Source: Squalus acanthias (Eukaryota). Taken from it: a stretch of 64,000 nt of DNA. Location of the stretch: the NCBI GenBank assembly GCA_030390025.1, contig CM059433.1, positions 4,650,001-4,714,000 on the forward strand. The letters are read 5' to 3'. Shown here in pieces: positions 1 to 12,007 of the stretch (position 1 is its first letter; the number at the start of each line of letters is the position of its first letter). Below the pieces are notes generated by a model that saw only the letters and a program-made list of their open reading frames with translations, was not told the origin of the DNA and ran no database searches. A program made the position numbers and the translations under genes.

Positions 1-2554
1 GCATGCATCCGGAAATCCTAGGTGCAATGGCAAGCCTGCCAGAGAGCCTCTCATCAGTGTCAAGGAGCATGGAGGAGTCCGGCTCCAACATTGGACGGGG
101 CTTTACGCAGAGCTTAGAGCTCATGTTTTCCAGGATGGAAATGATAGGTAACTCCATGAGAGCCCTTGTGGACCCAAACATGATGCTGGGTGTGATGGGC
201 GATCTCGCAGCTCCATTGCAGCACAGGCAGAAGCGACCCAACATCTCAGGGCTGCAGTGGACTCTCCTGCAGTCTGAGCTTGCAGACTGCTATTATCGTG
301 GCTGGGTTTACGAGTGTGGAAAGGGGCTTGCAGGGTGTCGCAGCAGGCCAGCAATCTGCACTCCAACAGATGGCTAGGAATGCTGAGGCGCCACCCTGGG
401 GGAGTGGCATGGGTCTGTGGAGCAAGAACCTGCTGTCCTCTCTCAGGATGACAGCATGCCTACTTCCACCACTGCCAGTCCGCCATTGCCCTTGCTACTG
501 CCGGTCATCCAGCCAGCCCAGACTGTTGCCACCCATGCCGAGGTGGTCCAGTCTACAACCGGGCCTTCTAGGTCCAGAGCTGGTCGAGGTCGTCCTACAA
601 GGCCATCTGTAGTCACCACACCAAAAGTCAGCAGCCTTCCACCAACCGTGCTGCAGCCACTGGGGGAGCACTTCATAGGAGCACTAGAGGACGAAAAGGC
701 ACATGAATAACAGGCACTAAGGAATTGCACAAGGGTGATTAGTTGACTTTGTTCTTTTGATAAATTATAAATTATGTTTGGAACGTGTGTTTTATGGTGG
801 CTCTCATTTCAGCTTTGTGCCCAGGAGGACGCTGTGATGTTCTGTGACAGAGGATGGTACGATGGGGAAGTGGTGAGCAACGGGAATCTGGGGTTTCAGC
901 CACTGGAACCGGAGTCTGATGAGGCGCTCACAGACAGCCTGTCCGGAACGGGAACCTGCTGCCTGCCTCCTCCCCTTCCTCCTCCTGAGGTGGTCGCAGA
1001 ACCCGTGCTGGCAAGGGCTGCGCCCTCATGATGGCCAAGTTGTGCAGCATGCTGCAGACGACCACGAAATGGGACACCTGCTCAGCCGAGTACTGGAGGG
1101 CTCCTCCTGAGCGGTCAAGGCAGCGGAACTGTTGGGTGAGCACCCCCAATGGTCTGCTCGATGAGGTTCCTCGTGGCAGCATGGCTGTCATTATATGAGT
1201 GCTGGAAACAAGTGATGCAGAGGGGAGTTATCAGCCAGGGGTGTAGAGTGGATAGCCCTCGTTTCCGAGAAGCCACCCTTGGGTTTGCCGTTGTGGCTGG
1301 AATATTGCTGGCACATCGGACTGGCGCAGGATGAAGGCATCATGAGAGAAGACAATGAAGTCCCTTCTCCTGGAGTAGAGAGGCTCTGTGACCTCCCGGA
1401 TGCAGCGATGGACGGCGAACTGGGAGATGTCGCCTGCTGTAGACTGGAAGGATCCGGTGGCGAAAAATTTGAAGGCCCCAGTGACCTCGAGGGTCACTGG
1501 CAGTGCCGTCGTCGCCCTGCTCGGAGGCGGCAGGTCTGGTTCCAAGAGGTGGCAGAGTTCTCTGACCACCTCCTTGGTGAAGTGGAGCCTCCTAGTACAC
1601 TGCTCCTGGCTTAACTGCAGGTAGGAGAAATGCTCTCGAAAGACCCCAGGTGGGTAGGGCCTCCTGCCCGTCCTCCTCCTCCCTCCGCGAGCATCTTGTT
1701 CTCTTCTTCGCTGCCTCCGCTCCATCTCCTGCGGCAGCCGCCATTTTAGGGAGGTCGGTAACGCTGCCGTTGCCAGCACTCGCTCCACATAATTAGATGA
1801 GGCAGATCGTGACGTCAATGAGTGTGCAGCGCTGATTTGACGTACGATCTGCCATTTTCGACGTCACCGCTCCATTTAACGCGCCTCATCTAATCATGAC
1901 CAGCTAAGCGCGACCAAACTCGAGTGCCAGGGGGACTGCAAGTAGAGTCCCCATGACTGTGAGTAAGTGGTGTGAGCAGAGCCAATGTTCCTGTTCAGCT
2001 GCGCAGCCGCACAGCCGCACAGCTACCTGAAGCTCCCGCGCAGGCTGCTTGCCGGTTTCTCAATGGAAGTTTGAATGGCCAGCGCAGTCCGTTAAAGGGG
2101 CTGCGCACCCAAAAAAAATGAAAAGGACATTGAGCAGATCGCTTTAAATGAGAAGCAAGGCCTTCTCCACTTGCAGCAACACTCCGTGTCACCTCAGCGA
2201 CTTTAAACAACTTTAGAAAGCTCCAAACAGTTGCACAAACTTACAAATAAAAAAGCGAGTCAGCTGCAAGTTGTTGATGATGATCCCTTTAAATAGCGCT
2301 GCTGGGGGAGGTCCTTCCTGCTGCTGAACGCTTGGTCATCTGGCCGTGATTAGGTGAGGGCATTAAATGGAGCGGCAACGTCGAAAATGGCAGATCGTGT
2401 CAAATCAGCGCAGCACATTGACGTCACGATCTGCCTCATCTAATTATGTGGAGCGAGCGCTGGCAACGGCAGCGTTACCGACCTCCCTAAAATGGCGGCC
2501 GCCGCGGGACCCGCCAGAAGTGGGTGGGCCGCTATTTTTTCATCAAAACCGGCC
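1..2554. mobile_element. PIF/Harbinger DNA transposon, decayed, truncated by the window edge
   Basis: HARBI1-like transposase remnant on minus converging on a low-complexity Myb/SANT-partner C-terminus on plus (1-710); possible terminus ...AAAACCGGCC at 2554. Confidence 0.8.
895..1954 (-). pseudogene. Harbinger (HARBI1-like) transposase pseudogene
   Basis: [77 protein letters not shown]. First catalytic block (IDCTH...NVQ) deleted; frameshifts; an insertion separates the MGTLLAVP start. Confidence 0.82.
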
Positions 2555-3244
2555 AAGATGTTTCCAAAACCTGAAAATATTAAATATCTATAATCTAGTG
2601 CTTTTCAAGGTCTGTTTATTTCAAGAGCTAGATCCATCGCTTCCGTCTGGTTCAAACGGTACCTAATTCACAATAATGAGAACGATGTTTCCCTGGGACT
2701 ACAAAGCCACTAATGTTCTTGGGTATATCAGGTTGTCCATAATGTGTGCATAAAAATAAACACGGCATAAAAAAAATTAGGTGCAAATAAATCAAATAAT
2801 GGAATGCAGCTACTCTAAGAAAATAATAGCCCTTTTCATTGGTACTGATGATGTATAATGGATTAGAAGCTGTTCTTGTCCTCCAGGTTAGTTGAAATCA
2901 ATTTAATGAATGTCTCAAAACCTAAAAATGGCAAACTAATCCTGTCCTTGGTGGGACAAGACTATCATGTTTCTGGACTTTTGATGATTCATATACAAGA
3001 GATAGAAATACTTAAATACCCATCGCGGGATGTATAAAATTCAAGGGCAGATGTGCAATACATAAACTGAAAAATTTTGATGCAAATACATTGAACAAAT
3101 TATGAAAATAGCAAACTTAATAATTGATCGAATTACACAAAGAGCGAGGATGGAAACACCAGTGGCAATTTTGCATTTGGAGAAAGAGAGGGGGTGAAAC
3201 ATAATCCATGCCCAAAAACTGGACGCACATACCCCCAACACAAA

Positions 3245-4078
3245 GGGCTGGATTTTGCCAATGGGGGCGTGTTAGGGGCGGGACTGCTAGTTGTCGGGTT
3301 TCAGTCCCACCCCCAACGACGTCCGGCCAACCCACGCTATTTTCCCTTGATTGACCTTGTTAAGCCTGCCCTGTGGGCTTAGCAGGCCAATTAAAGGAAA
3401 GCCGGTGACAGAGGACGTCAGCGTATGATGTTTCATCTGTCGAAAATTTGACAGATGAATTGTCAGCGTTTGACAGCTTTGAGAAGCTGTCAAACAGACA
3501 ATCTCTGTTCTTTGGTGAGTCCTTGTACTGAAGACTCACCAAGACCTCTCTCCTCAGCAGAAATCAGATGGCTGCTGCATCTGAGAATGCAGCAGCCATT
3601 CTGTCATCTCTGCCGTTGAGATGAGGCACCTCCGGATCCCCAAGGGTTGAAGCCTGCAGGAAGAAGCAAAGGTAAGGAAACTTTTTCTAAGACTTTACAC
3701 TTACCTCCCATACTTATCTCTCCACACTTGCACCCATCACTCACCTCCACAGTGGACTTTTCAATCCCTCTCACCCCCGCAGACCCACTGCTTGCCTCGC
3801 AGACCCTGGCGAGGTTCGCAGTTGTTGGGAAGCTCGCACTTGCAGGGGTAAAATGGGGATAAGCCTCAAAACTGCCTGTTAACTACCTGTTAACAGGCAG
3901 TTAAATGGCTGTAATCCCCTTCCCGCCTCGAGGAGACGGGTCCCTGCGCGACTCGGGAACCCGCCTCCCAGGAAGATGGCACGGAGGCGGGTTGGGAGCG
4001 GGCTCGGTACCCGCTCCCAGTTTCTGCCATTTTCCCGGCAGTCCCGCCTCCAAACCCCAGGGCTGGCAAAATTCCCCC
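3245..4078. mobile_element. Non-autonomous Harbinger-type MITE (family A)
   Basis: Ends GGGCTGGATTTTGCCA / TGGCAAAATTCCCCC; colinear and similar to 19266-20105; no coding capacity. Confidence 0.8.
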
Positions 4079-4327
4079 TTCAATTTCCACCATCCCCGGC
4101 CCCTTCTCCCCCGACCTGTGCACACGAGTGATATCAACTTGAATACTCACCAGAAATAATACTCAATTATATATGTATAAACTTCTGTGAAACACTGTAC
4201 ATAAATTCCATGTGTATCAGACAACATTTGCACAGTATATCACTATAACTTAATAGTCAATGGTGTAGTAAAAAAGCTAGAAATAAAACAGAAACTGGAG
4301 AGTGAGAATGTGAGGGATACAACTTAC

Positions 4328-4453
4328 CAGCTTTACTTCCTGAATTTTGAGCTTGTGGATTGCTGTGAATGGAGCCGGTTTCTGTTGCTGACGGGGAGTC
4401 TGGTGACCAACCCCTGTGGCGTTTCTTTGGAGGACCTGAATTAGCTAAATTGC
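4328..4453 (-). CDS. GREB1: GREB1 coding exon 7
   Basis: GNLANSGPPKKRHRGWSPDSPSATETG... contains the conserved SGPPKKRHxGWSP motif; ttcttgaacag acceptor, G|gtaagt donor, 126 nt. Confidence 0.93.
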
Positions 4454-4699
4454 CTGTTCAAGAACACAAAAGATATCAACAATTATGATAATGACATGCA
4501 CATACACTGACTAGAAGTCAGAATACCACGCTTACAACTGTGCATACTCAAGAGTTTTATTTAAGGTTGTTGCCAACAATCGAAAGAGGACCAAGAAAAA
4601 GATGTTAGTTTTTTTTTTAAAGCTGTACATTTCCAGTGTATGCTTCAACCTTTCCAAAGTGGCTGGCAAAATAAATGTGGAGGGAGGAAGTTACATAGA

Positions 4700-5480
4700 A
4701 AGGAAGGTGTGGTGCCATAAAGGGTTTCAAACAAAGGATGAGTACTTTAAGTTCGAAGTGTTGGGAGACCGTGGGCCAATGTAGATCAGAGAGGACAGAG
4801 ATAATGGGCAAACAGGACTTGGGTGTGGGATAAGATTTAGGCAACTGAGATTTGGATGAACTGAGAGGGTGGAGGATTGTTGGCTAGTCAGGAGAGCATT
4901 GCAATAGTTAAGGCTGCAGGTGACAAAGGCATGGATGAGCATTTCAGCAACCGATGGGCTGAAGTAGAGACGAAGGTGGGTGGTGTTATGGAGGTGGATT
5001 GGAACAAGTCAAAAGGTACACAGAGTTTGCGGCAGGGACTGAAGACGAAGAGCTTTGGTCTTCCCGGTGTTTAACTGGAGGAAATTGTGGCTCATCCAAG
5101 ACTTTATGCCGGACAAGGAGTCCGTCGGCCCAGAGGAAGTGGAGGTGGTGGAGGTGCAGCGGAGAGGTAGAGATGGGTGTCGTCAGTGTATGTGTAGAAT
5201 CTGACCCCATGTCTTTGGATAATGTTGCCAAAGGGCAGCATGTCGGTGAGGAAGAGGAGAGGGCTAAGGATGGATCCTGGGGCAAGGTGACAATGAGAGG
5301 GTGGGAAGTGACGCACATGGTAGAGCTGCTCTGGCTACAATCAAATAGTGAGATGAAGCGAGGGCAATCCCAGAGCTGGACAATGGAGAAGAGGACTGAG
5401 AAGAAGACAATATGATCGACTGTGTCAAAGATTGCGGAGAGGTTGAGGCTGAGGAAGGATCATGTACCACCATCACAATC
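4700..5480 (-). mobile_element. L2-clade LINE fragment
   Basis: YTDDTHLYLS, PQGSIL-like and LIHAFVT...YCNALL motifs of L2 reverse transcriptase, degraded. Confidence 0.75.
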
Positions 5481-5659
5481 CTGGCCAAACATGAAGAACA
5501 TCACACTCGACTTCACTTCAGTGCAGTCATTTTAATGGACAAAAAATTGTGCAGGCTTCGAAACAGCTACAAGGACCACTGTAGTTGAATTCCCAATATA
5601 TGCCCCAGTTGCACGAAGCTCTGTGCCTGATGCACTACATTGTCACTGCATTGAGAGAG

Positions 5660-6095
5660 GATTGGGGTGGGTGAAGAGAAGATCGTGGCCGGCCACCAGA
5701 GGATGGTGGCCGGCCTCAGCCTCGTGAGGGGGGTCACCAATCGCGGAGGGAAGGTTACGTAGGGACCCTGGATCCAGAAGGTAGGTATAAAGGCAACTAC
5801 CGCCTGGATCCAGCAGTCCCCACCTTGCTGTAACTGCCGGGTTCTACGAATTGTGTAAAACCCGTCCACATGCAGTTAAAAGCAAAATGGAGGTTAAAAA
5901 AGATGCTTCCAGCCTCATTATAATATTTAAATTTACATCCCGCCTTCTGGGACCGGGTTGGTCGCCTGCCCCCGTTAAAACCAGAAGCGGACGGGTTGGA
6001 GGCGGGTTCAGGTTGGGAATCCCATTTTTAACAATTTAACTACCCCCACGCCACCAACCCACCTGTTTTCTTAAGTTACAATCCCCCCCCCCCCC
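5660..6095. mobile_element. Partial MITE related to 26414-27340
   Basis: Shares AAAACCAGAAG.GG.CGGGTT.GAGGCGGGTT and flanking blocks with 27200-27320. Confidence 0.5.
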
Positions 6096-6096
6096 A

Positions 6097-6411
6097 GTGT
6101 TTCCACTGGTGGGGAAGAGCAAAACTAAAGGCCATCAATATAAGATAGTCACCAATAAATCATGTAGGGAATTCAGAAGAAACTTCTTTACCCAGAGAGT
6201 GGAGAGAATGTGGAACTCGCTGCCACAGGGAGTGGTTGAAGTGAATAGTATAGATACATTTAAGGGGAGGCTGGACAAGCATATGAGGGTGAAGGGAATA
6301 GAGGGTTAGATAGAGTTAGATGAGGAAAGACGGGAGGAGGCTCGAGTGGAGCATAAACACTGGCATGGACTGGTTGGGCCAAATGGCCTGTTTCTGTGCC
6401 GTATATTCTAT
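6097..6411 (+). mobile_element. CR1 LINE 3' fragment
   Basis: FPLVGKSKTKGH...RRNFFTQRVERMWNSLP, the CR1 ORF2 C-terminus, plus 3' UTR. Confidence 0.85.
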
Positions 6412-7059
6412 GCTTTTCAAATTTTTAAAAAAGATTTTAAAAATCACACTCATTACATAAGTGATGTTGCTCCAGCTAGATGCCCCATGGTCAGATTTTC
6501 TGATATCCCAGTTTTTGTCACTGGATTTAAGGACTGGAAAATCGACCTTAACATTTAAAACTAAAATTTCGAATGTTTTTGTTGGTAAACCTTGTGCTGG
6601 AAGGAAGTTCAGTTCCGGCTAACAGAGCTCCTTAAAACTGCAGCCCGTCCACCACACCAGCTTGTTTCCCCACGGTGCTGTCAGTCTGCGCTCCCGATAA
6701 ACGAGCCATGCAACTCATAAGATGCGTTCCCAGCCCAGCAAATTATCCAACGGAAAACAGGCAGCACCATAAAAATTCCTGTACTTTTACCACCTGGCCG
6801 GATTCCTCAAAATGCAGAACATTATTGATAGAAGCAAACCTAAAGACAGCGGATTTGAAAATTAAACTGATGACAGCTGTGAGGAAATTTGCATTTCAGA
6901 CCATTCTGCCTTCTTGGTTGGAACAATAATTGTGGCACTGGGTGGTGGAAATGGGGGTCAAACAGCAGGATGTGAGAGAACGCAAAACGATCCACAAGTA
7001 CTGGCAAGATCACAAGCATCCGTACAGAAACACTTAACCATAAGAGTAAAGACAACTTA

Positions 7060-7647
7060 CTGCAATTATATAGGGCCCTGGTGAGACCACACCTGGAGTA
7101 TTGTGTACAGTTTTAGTCTCCTTACCTAAGGAAGGATATTCTTGCCATAGAGGGAGTGCAATGAAGGTTCACCAGACTGATTCCTGGGATGGGGGGATTG
7201 TCCTATGAGGAGAGATTGAGTAGACGAGGCCTATATTCTCTAGAGTTTAGAAGAATGAGAGGTGATCTCATTGAAACATACAAAATTCTCAGAGCTTGAC
7301 AGGGTAGATGCAGGGAGGATGTTTCCCCTGGCTGGGGAGTCTAGAACCAGGGGTCACAGTCTCAGAATAAGGGGTCGGCCATTTAGGACTGAGATGAGGG
7401 GAAATTTCTTCACTCAGAGGGTGGTGAATCTTTGGAATTCTCTACCCCAGAGGGCTGTGGAGGCTCAGTCATTGAGTATATTCAAGACAGTGATCGATAG
7501 ATTTTGGGATATTAAGGGAATCAAGGGATATGGGGATAGTGCAGGAAAGTGGAGATGAGGTAGAAGATCAGCCATGATCTTATTGAATGGCGGAGTAGGC
7601 TCGAGGGGCCGAATGGCCGACTCCTGCTCCTATTTATGTTTTTATGT
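7060..7647 (+). mobile_element. CR1 LINE 3' fragment
   Basis: LYRALVRPHLEYC...NFFTQRVVNLWNSLP and the GAATGGCGGAG...GAATGGCC.ACTCCTGCTCCTAT tail. Confidence 0.9.
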
Positions 7648-8272
7648 CTAGTCTTTCATTTTTATCTGCTTAGTCACTTTGCCGAATGACATTTACACAT
7701 TCAAAATTTATCAGAAAGCTAGACTGGTTTCCTTTAATAAGGTTTTCAGGTTTTGCAAGTGAGCGGTTCTACACAGCACAGCACCTTTAAGTCAAGGCTT
7801 GTTGCAGTAAGAGTGAACATCCACCTTCATTGTAATGTCATTGAAAAAGAGAAGGTACGACAGCCCGACTTTCTACTGGGAAAATTTGACAAATATGGTC
7901 AAATCTTCCACCCACGAGGAGTCCCGATGCCCACAGGGATGGCCTTTACAATGCAATTACACCCGAGGGATCCCTGCCAAGCCGAAACAGCTGTGAACCC
8001 TGTTCAGCTGATGCCTCCTTTCCACAGGAAAAGTGATGACGGCTTTGCACCTCATAAACAAAGTGTTGGTTGCGTGCTCGGGACACATTTTCACCGCAAG
8101 CTGTCTAATAGGGCAGATGTCCCCAGTGATGGATTGGAAGTATGCAGTGGCACAAAGGTTTCATGCTGTGATAATCTTCTTTTCCGTGACAAGAGCCATT
8201 CCTATTCCGTATGTTATCCTGCAGGTCATCCTGCAACAGATGGTCGTAGCTGCTCTTGCAATTAATGTCATT

Positions 8273-8392
8273 ATTTCCCACATTCCAACAGTGACTCCAC
8301 TTCAAAAACAGTACTTCATTGGCTGTAAAGTGATTTGAGACGTCCGGTAGTCGTGAAAGGCGCTATATAAATGCAAGTCTTTCTTTCTTTTT
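8273..8392 (+). mobile_element. Deu-domain SINE 3' fragment
   Basis: Ends CGTGAAAGGCGCTATATAAATGCAAGTCTTTCTTT, the same tail as the full copies. Confidence 0.75.
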
Positions 8393-8710
8393 ATTCCAGA
8401 TAAAGTTTTAAGTTAATTTTCTGATGGGAGTTTGTTTCTGAATTTTTTTTTTAAAGAGCCATTACAGTAGTCAGGATGCAGATTAGTTCATTTTGAAGGT
8501 TTCCAAATGAATGACAACTGAAAGTCGAAAGGCATATTCAAATAACACGACAGCAATATATGCAAAGAACAGCACACGACCCACTCATTGTCACTGACAT
8601 GTAAAGGAATGTATGAAATAACAGTTACAACTGCATCCTGAAGCTGTTCAGTCACTGAGAATGAATCTATTATCTAAAATGAGCTGTGAATCCTGATGAG
8701 CATTGCCACA

Positions 8711-9060
8711 GAAAGAAAACAACAGACTTGCATTTCTATAGCGCCTTTCACGACCACCGAACCTCCCAAAGTGCTTTACAGCTAATGAAGTACTTTTTGA
8801 AGTGGAGTCACTGTTGTAATGTAGGAAACGCGGCAGCCAATTTGCACACAGCAAGCTCCCACAAACAGCAATCTGATAATGACCGGATAATCTGTTTCTT
8901 CAGTTATGTTGATTGATAAACATTGGCCAGGACACCGGGGATAACTCCCCTGCTCTTCTTCGGAATAGTGCCATGGGATCTTTTACATCCACCTGAGAGA
9001 ACACCGTTTAATGTCTCTTCCGAAGGATGGCACCTCTGACAGTGCAGCACTCCCTCAGTA
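8711..9060 (-). mobile_element. Deu-domain SINE (SacSINE1/AmnSINE1-like), 5' part replaced by a minisatellite
   Basis: Matches 25721-26190 and 61760-62203, including AAAAGATCCCATGGCACTATT...GCTGTTTGTGGGAGCTTGCTGTG. Confidence 0.85.
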
Positions 9061-9400
9061 CTACCCCTCCGACAGTGCGGCGCTCCCTCAGTACTGCCCC
9101 TCCGACAGTGCAGCACTCCCTCAGTACTACCCCTCCGACAGTGCGGCGCTCCCTCAGTACTGCCCCTCCGACAGTGCGGCGCTCCCTCAGTACTGCCCCT
9201 CCGACGGTGCAGCGCTCCCTCAGTGCTGCCCCTCTGACAGTGCGGCGCTCCCTCAGTACTGCCCCTCCGACGGTGCAGCGCTCCCTCAGTACTGCCCCTC
9301 CGACGGTGCAGCACTCCCTCAGTGCTGCCCCTCCGACAGTGCAGCACTCCCTCAGTACTGCCCCTCCGACGGTGCAGCGCTCCCTCAGTACTGCCCCTCC
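9033..9400. repeat. 33-bp minisatellite (~11 copies) derived from the Deu-SINE
   Basis: Unit CCTCCGACAGTGCAGCACTCCCTCAGTACTGCC corresponds to SINE internal sequence at ~26050-26080. Confidence 0.93.
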
Positions 9401-9418
9401 AACACACAGTTACTGTAC

Positions 9419-9556
9419 CTATCACTGAAGGCCTTGACATATTCTGACTGGATAAGTTGTTGGTCTTCATTGCGTTTTGCTGCCTGGATGAATCTCTGTT
9501 ATGAGTTACAGAAACCATTGTAACAGCTCGAGCAAGAGCCTGATCTATCGGTGCAC
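9419..9556 (-). CDS. GREB1: GREB1 coding exon 6
   Basis: GAPIDQALARAVTMVSVTHNRDSSRQQNAMKTNNLSSQNMSRPSVIG resembles GREB1 ...KDSPK...KNNL...RPSALG; ttgcag acceptor, G|gtacag donor, 138 nt. Confidence 0.82.
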
Positions 9557-10489
9557 CTGCAATCACAAACAAATCTGGTCATGGGCAATGTTGTTTAGCC
9601 AACAGGAATATAAGGAGGCATTGTATTCCTAATTAAATAGCATTCATATGTTTGTAAATTAGTAAACATTCAGTATTAACATTTTATTGTCTACTTCATC
9701 AGCAAATCAGGAAGAGGTCTTCAGGCAAACAGAAGTGCTGAGGTATACAGACTCTCCTCTACACGCACACTGCCTCTTTGCCCCTGGGAAGGTTGCCACC
9801 AGGATCGGGGAGGTTTTCCCTCCCCCTTCCCCTTGGGGATCCAGGATGAAAACACTGACCTTCCACTTTTCCACCAGTACCAATAAGACACCCACTAACC
9901 TTCCACCGTACCATCAATACCCTGTCCAGATACACACTAAGGGCTGAATTTTGCCGGCGCTCAGAGGGCGGGTTCGGCGGCGGGTCCACTGTCAAAATCC
10001 AAATGATTGACAGCGGGGCGGTATCCCGCTCTGAACCCGCCTCCGTGTGAGTTTCCCTAGTGCCGGTTCTGCCTGCGCTTTGCAGACACGGCACCAAGCG
10101 ACGGGTCATTCAATTGTGCTCGTTGAGAGGGTGTTTAAACCAATTTACTCACCATTTTAGCAGGCACAAAGTATTTCCCCAAGTTTCCACGAGGTTCCCG
10201 TCGCTCAAGGATCGCGCCAGGTCAGTATGTCGGGTTCTGAACAACTCTCCATTTCTTTCAATAGCTGACAGCTGCAAAAGTGGTTTAAAACCTGCCATTT
10301 TACAGCTGGTCACCTTCCACTCTCAGAAGCTTCAGGCTTGAGTATTTGGAACAGACTTTTAAGCTTTATGCATTTGGGAAGTGTTTGCAGTAAACTCTCT
10401 ATTCACTGTCACCTCCTGGCAACATCATATCTAACCCTTGACAGATTGGTTCTGTCATCTGAACTTCACCTGCCATATGAATCATCAGA

Positions 10490-11721
10490 ATGGGCACGAT
10501 TTATGCTCTGTCACCTTGGTCCTCCGAATCTGATGACGATCAGCCGCAGCAGCAGAACCAGCCACACCAGCAGCAGCAGCAACAACAAGAGCGCCAACCT
10601 TCTCCTCAACCACCTGATGCTGCACAGGGGATAGGGCATCAGCGCAGGGCTGCACCGTGTCAGAGGCCATACCCCCAACACAGGGTATACAGGCAGAGGG
10701 TGAGCTTCCTCAACATGACGGAGCAGCAGTGCCAAAGGAGGCTCAGGCTATCGCACCAGGTCATCGCCAACATTGCGCTTTACTGGAGCAAGACCTGCAG
10801 CCCAGAGGAAGAGGTGGACACCCCTTACCAGTGGCTGTCAAACTCACCTTGCCCTCAACTTCTTTGCCTCAGGCTCCTTCCAGGCATCTGCAGCAGACCT
10901 TTGCGGCATCTCGCAGTCAGTCACACACAGATGCACCGCACAGGTAACCGATGCCCTCTTTAACAAGTCCGCAAATTATATTCATTTTGCCACTGATGAA
11001 GCCACTGTCAATGAACGTGCGCTTGGCTTTGCCGCTCTGGCTGGCTTCCCACGGGTGCAGGGAGTCATCGACTGCACACCTGTGGCCATCAGGGCACCCC
11101 ATCACAACCCGGTAGCATTTGTTAACCGCAAGAGCTTCCACTCCCTCAACGTTCAGCTGGTCTGCAACCATAGGAAGATTATCATCCACGTGTGCGCCAA
11201 GTTCCCTGGCAGCTGCCGTGACTCGTACATCCTGAACCATTCCACCGTCGTTCAGCTCTTCGCACCGCCAGTCTTGGCGGCTGGCTGCTTGGAGACAAGG
11301 GCTATCCCCTGAAGACGTGGCTCATGACACCTTTGAGGAGGCCAACCAACGAGCCTGAGGGACGTTATAATCAAAGCCACATCTCCAAGAGAAGCATCAT
11401 CGAGCAGACAATAGGCTTGCTCAAAATGCGCTTCAGATGCCTGGACAGATCTGGAGGAGCCCTTCCTTAGCTGGTGCGTATTGTCTCGCGAATAGTCGTC
11501 GTCTGCTGCGCCCTGCACAACATAGCGCAGCAACGAGGATTGGTGCTGAGCGCAGAGCCTCATCGGAGGACGAGGAGGATGAGGATGAGGAGGCTCACCA
11601 TGAGGTTGGTGACGAGGATGAGGAACACCTGGACGAGTTGGCGGTCCCACTGCGACCAGTACGCGAGCACGTTGCTGCCTGTCACGCCAGGGATACCCTT
11701 ATCAATGGCAGATTTCAATAA
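10490..11721 (+). pseudogene. Harbinger DDE transposase (HARBI1-like), frameshifted
   Basis: [80 protein letters not shown] spread over several frames. Confidence 0.9.
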
Positions 11722-12007
11722 CTTCATGCAGCTCATACATGTGGCTGCCACCCACGTACGCAGGTTTGCATCACCCAACACCAACACCATGCAGCAGTCA
11801 AGCAATGATTCGTCCCTTGTTTTGACTCTCACCACCATTGCTGGGTGTGAAATGAGCTCTGACCCTTCACTCTGCCACTTCCATTTCATCACACAAATTT
11901 GCCATCGACCTCCAAGTGTGACAATTAAATAATTTATTAACAGTAATTCATATAATACTAACATGACATTGATAAAGAAAGACACACCCTAGTGACTATC
12001 CTTGTGA

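Noticed and set aside
6590..6840. Possible extra GREB1 exon (tctttag ... AAG|gtttac)
   Set aside because: Stop codon in the required phase, no GREB1 similarity, and exons 6 and 7 already join in frame.
7753..8338. 170-aa and 101-aa ORFs; likewise 60878-61348
   Set aside because: No recognisable domain, antisense within introns, lengths compatible with chance.
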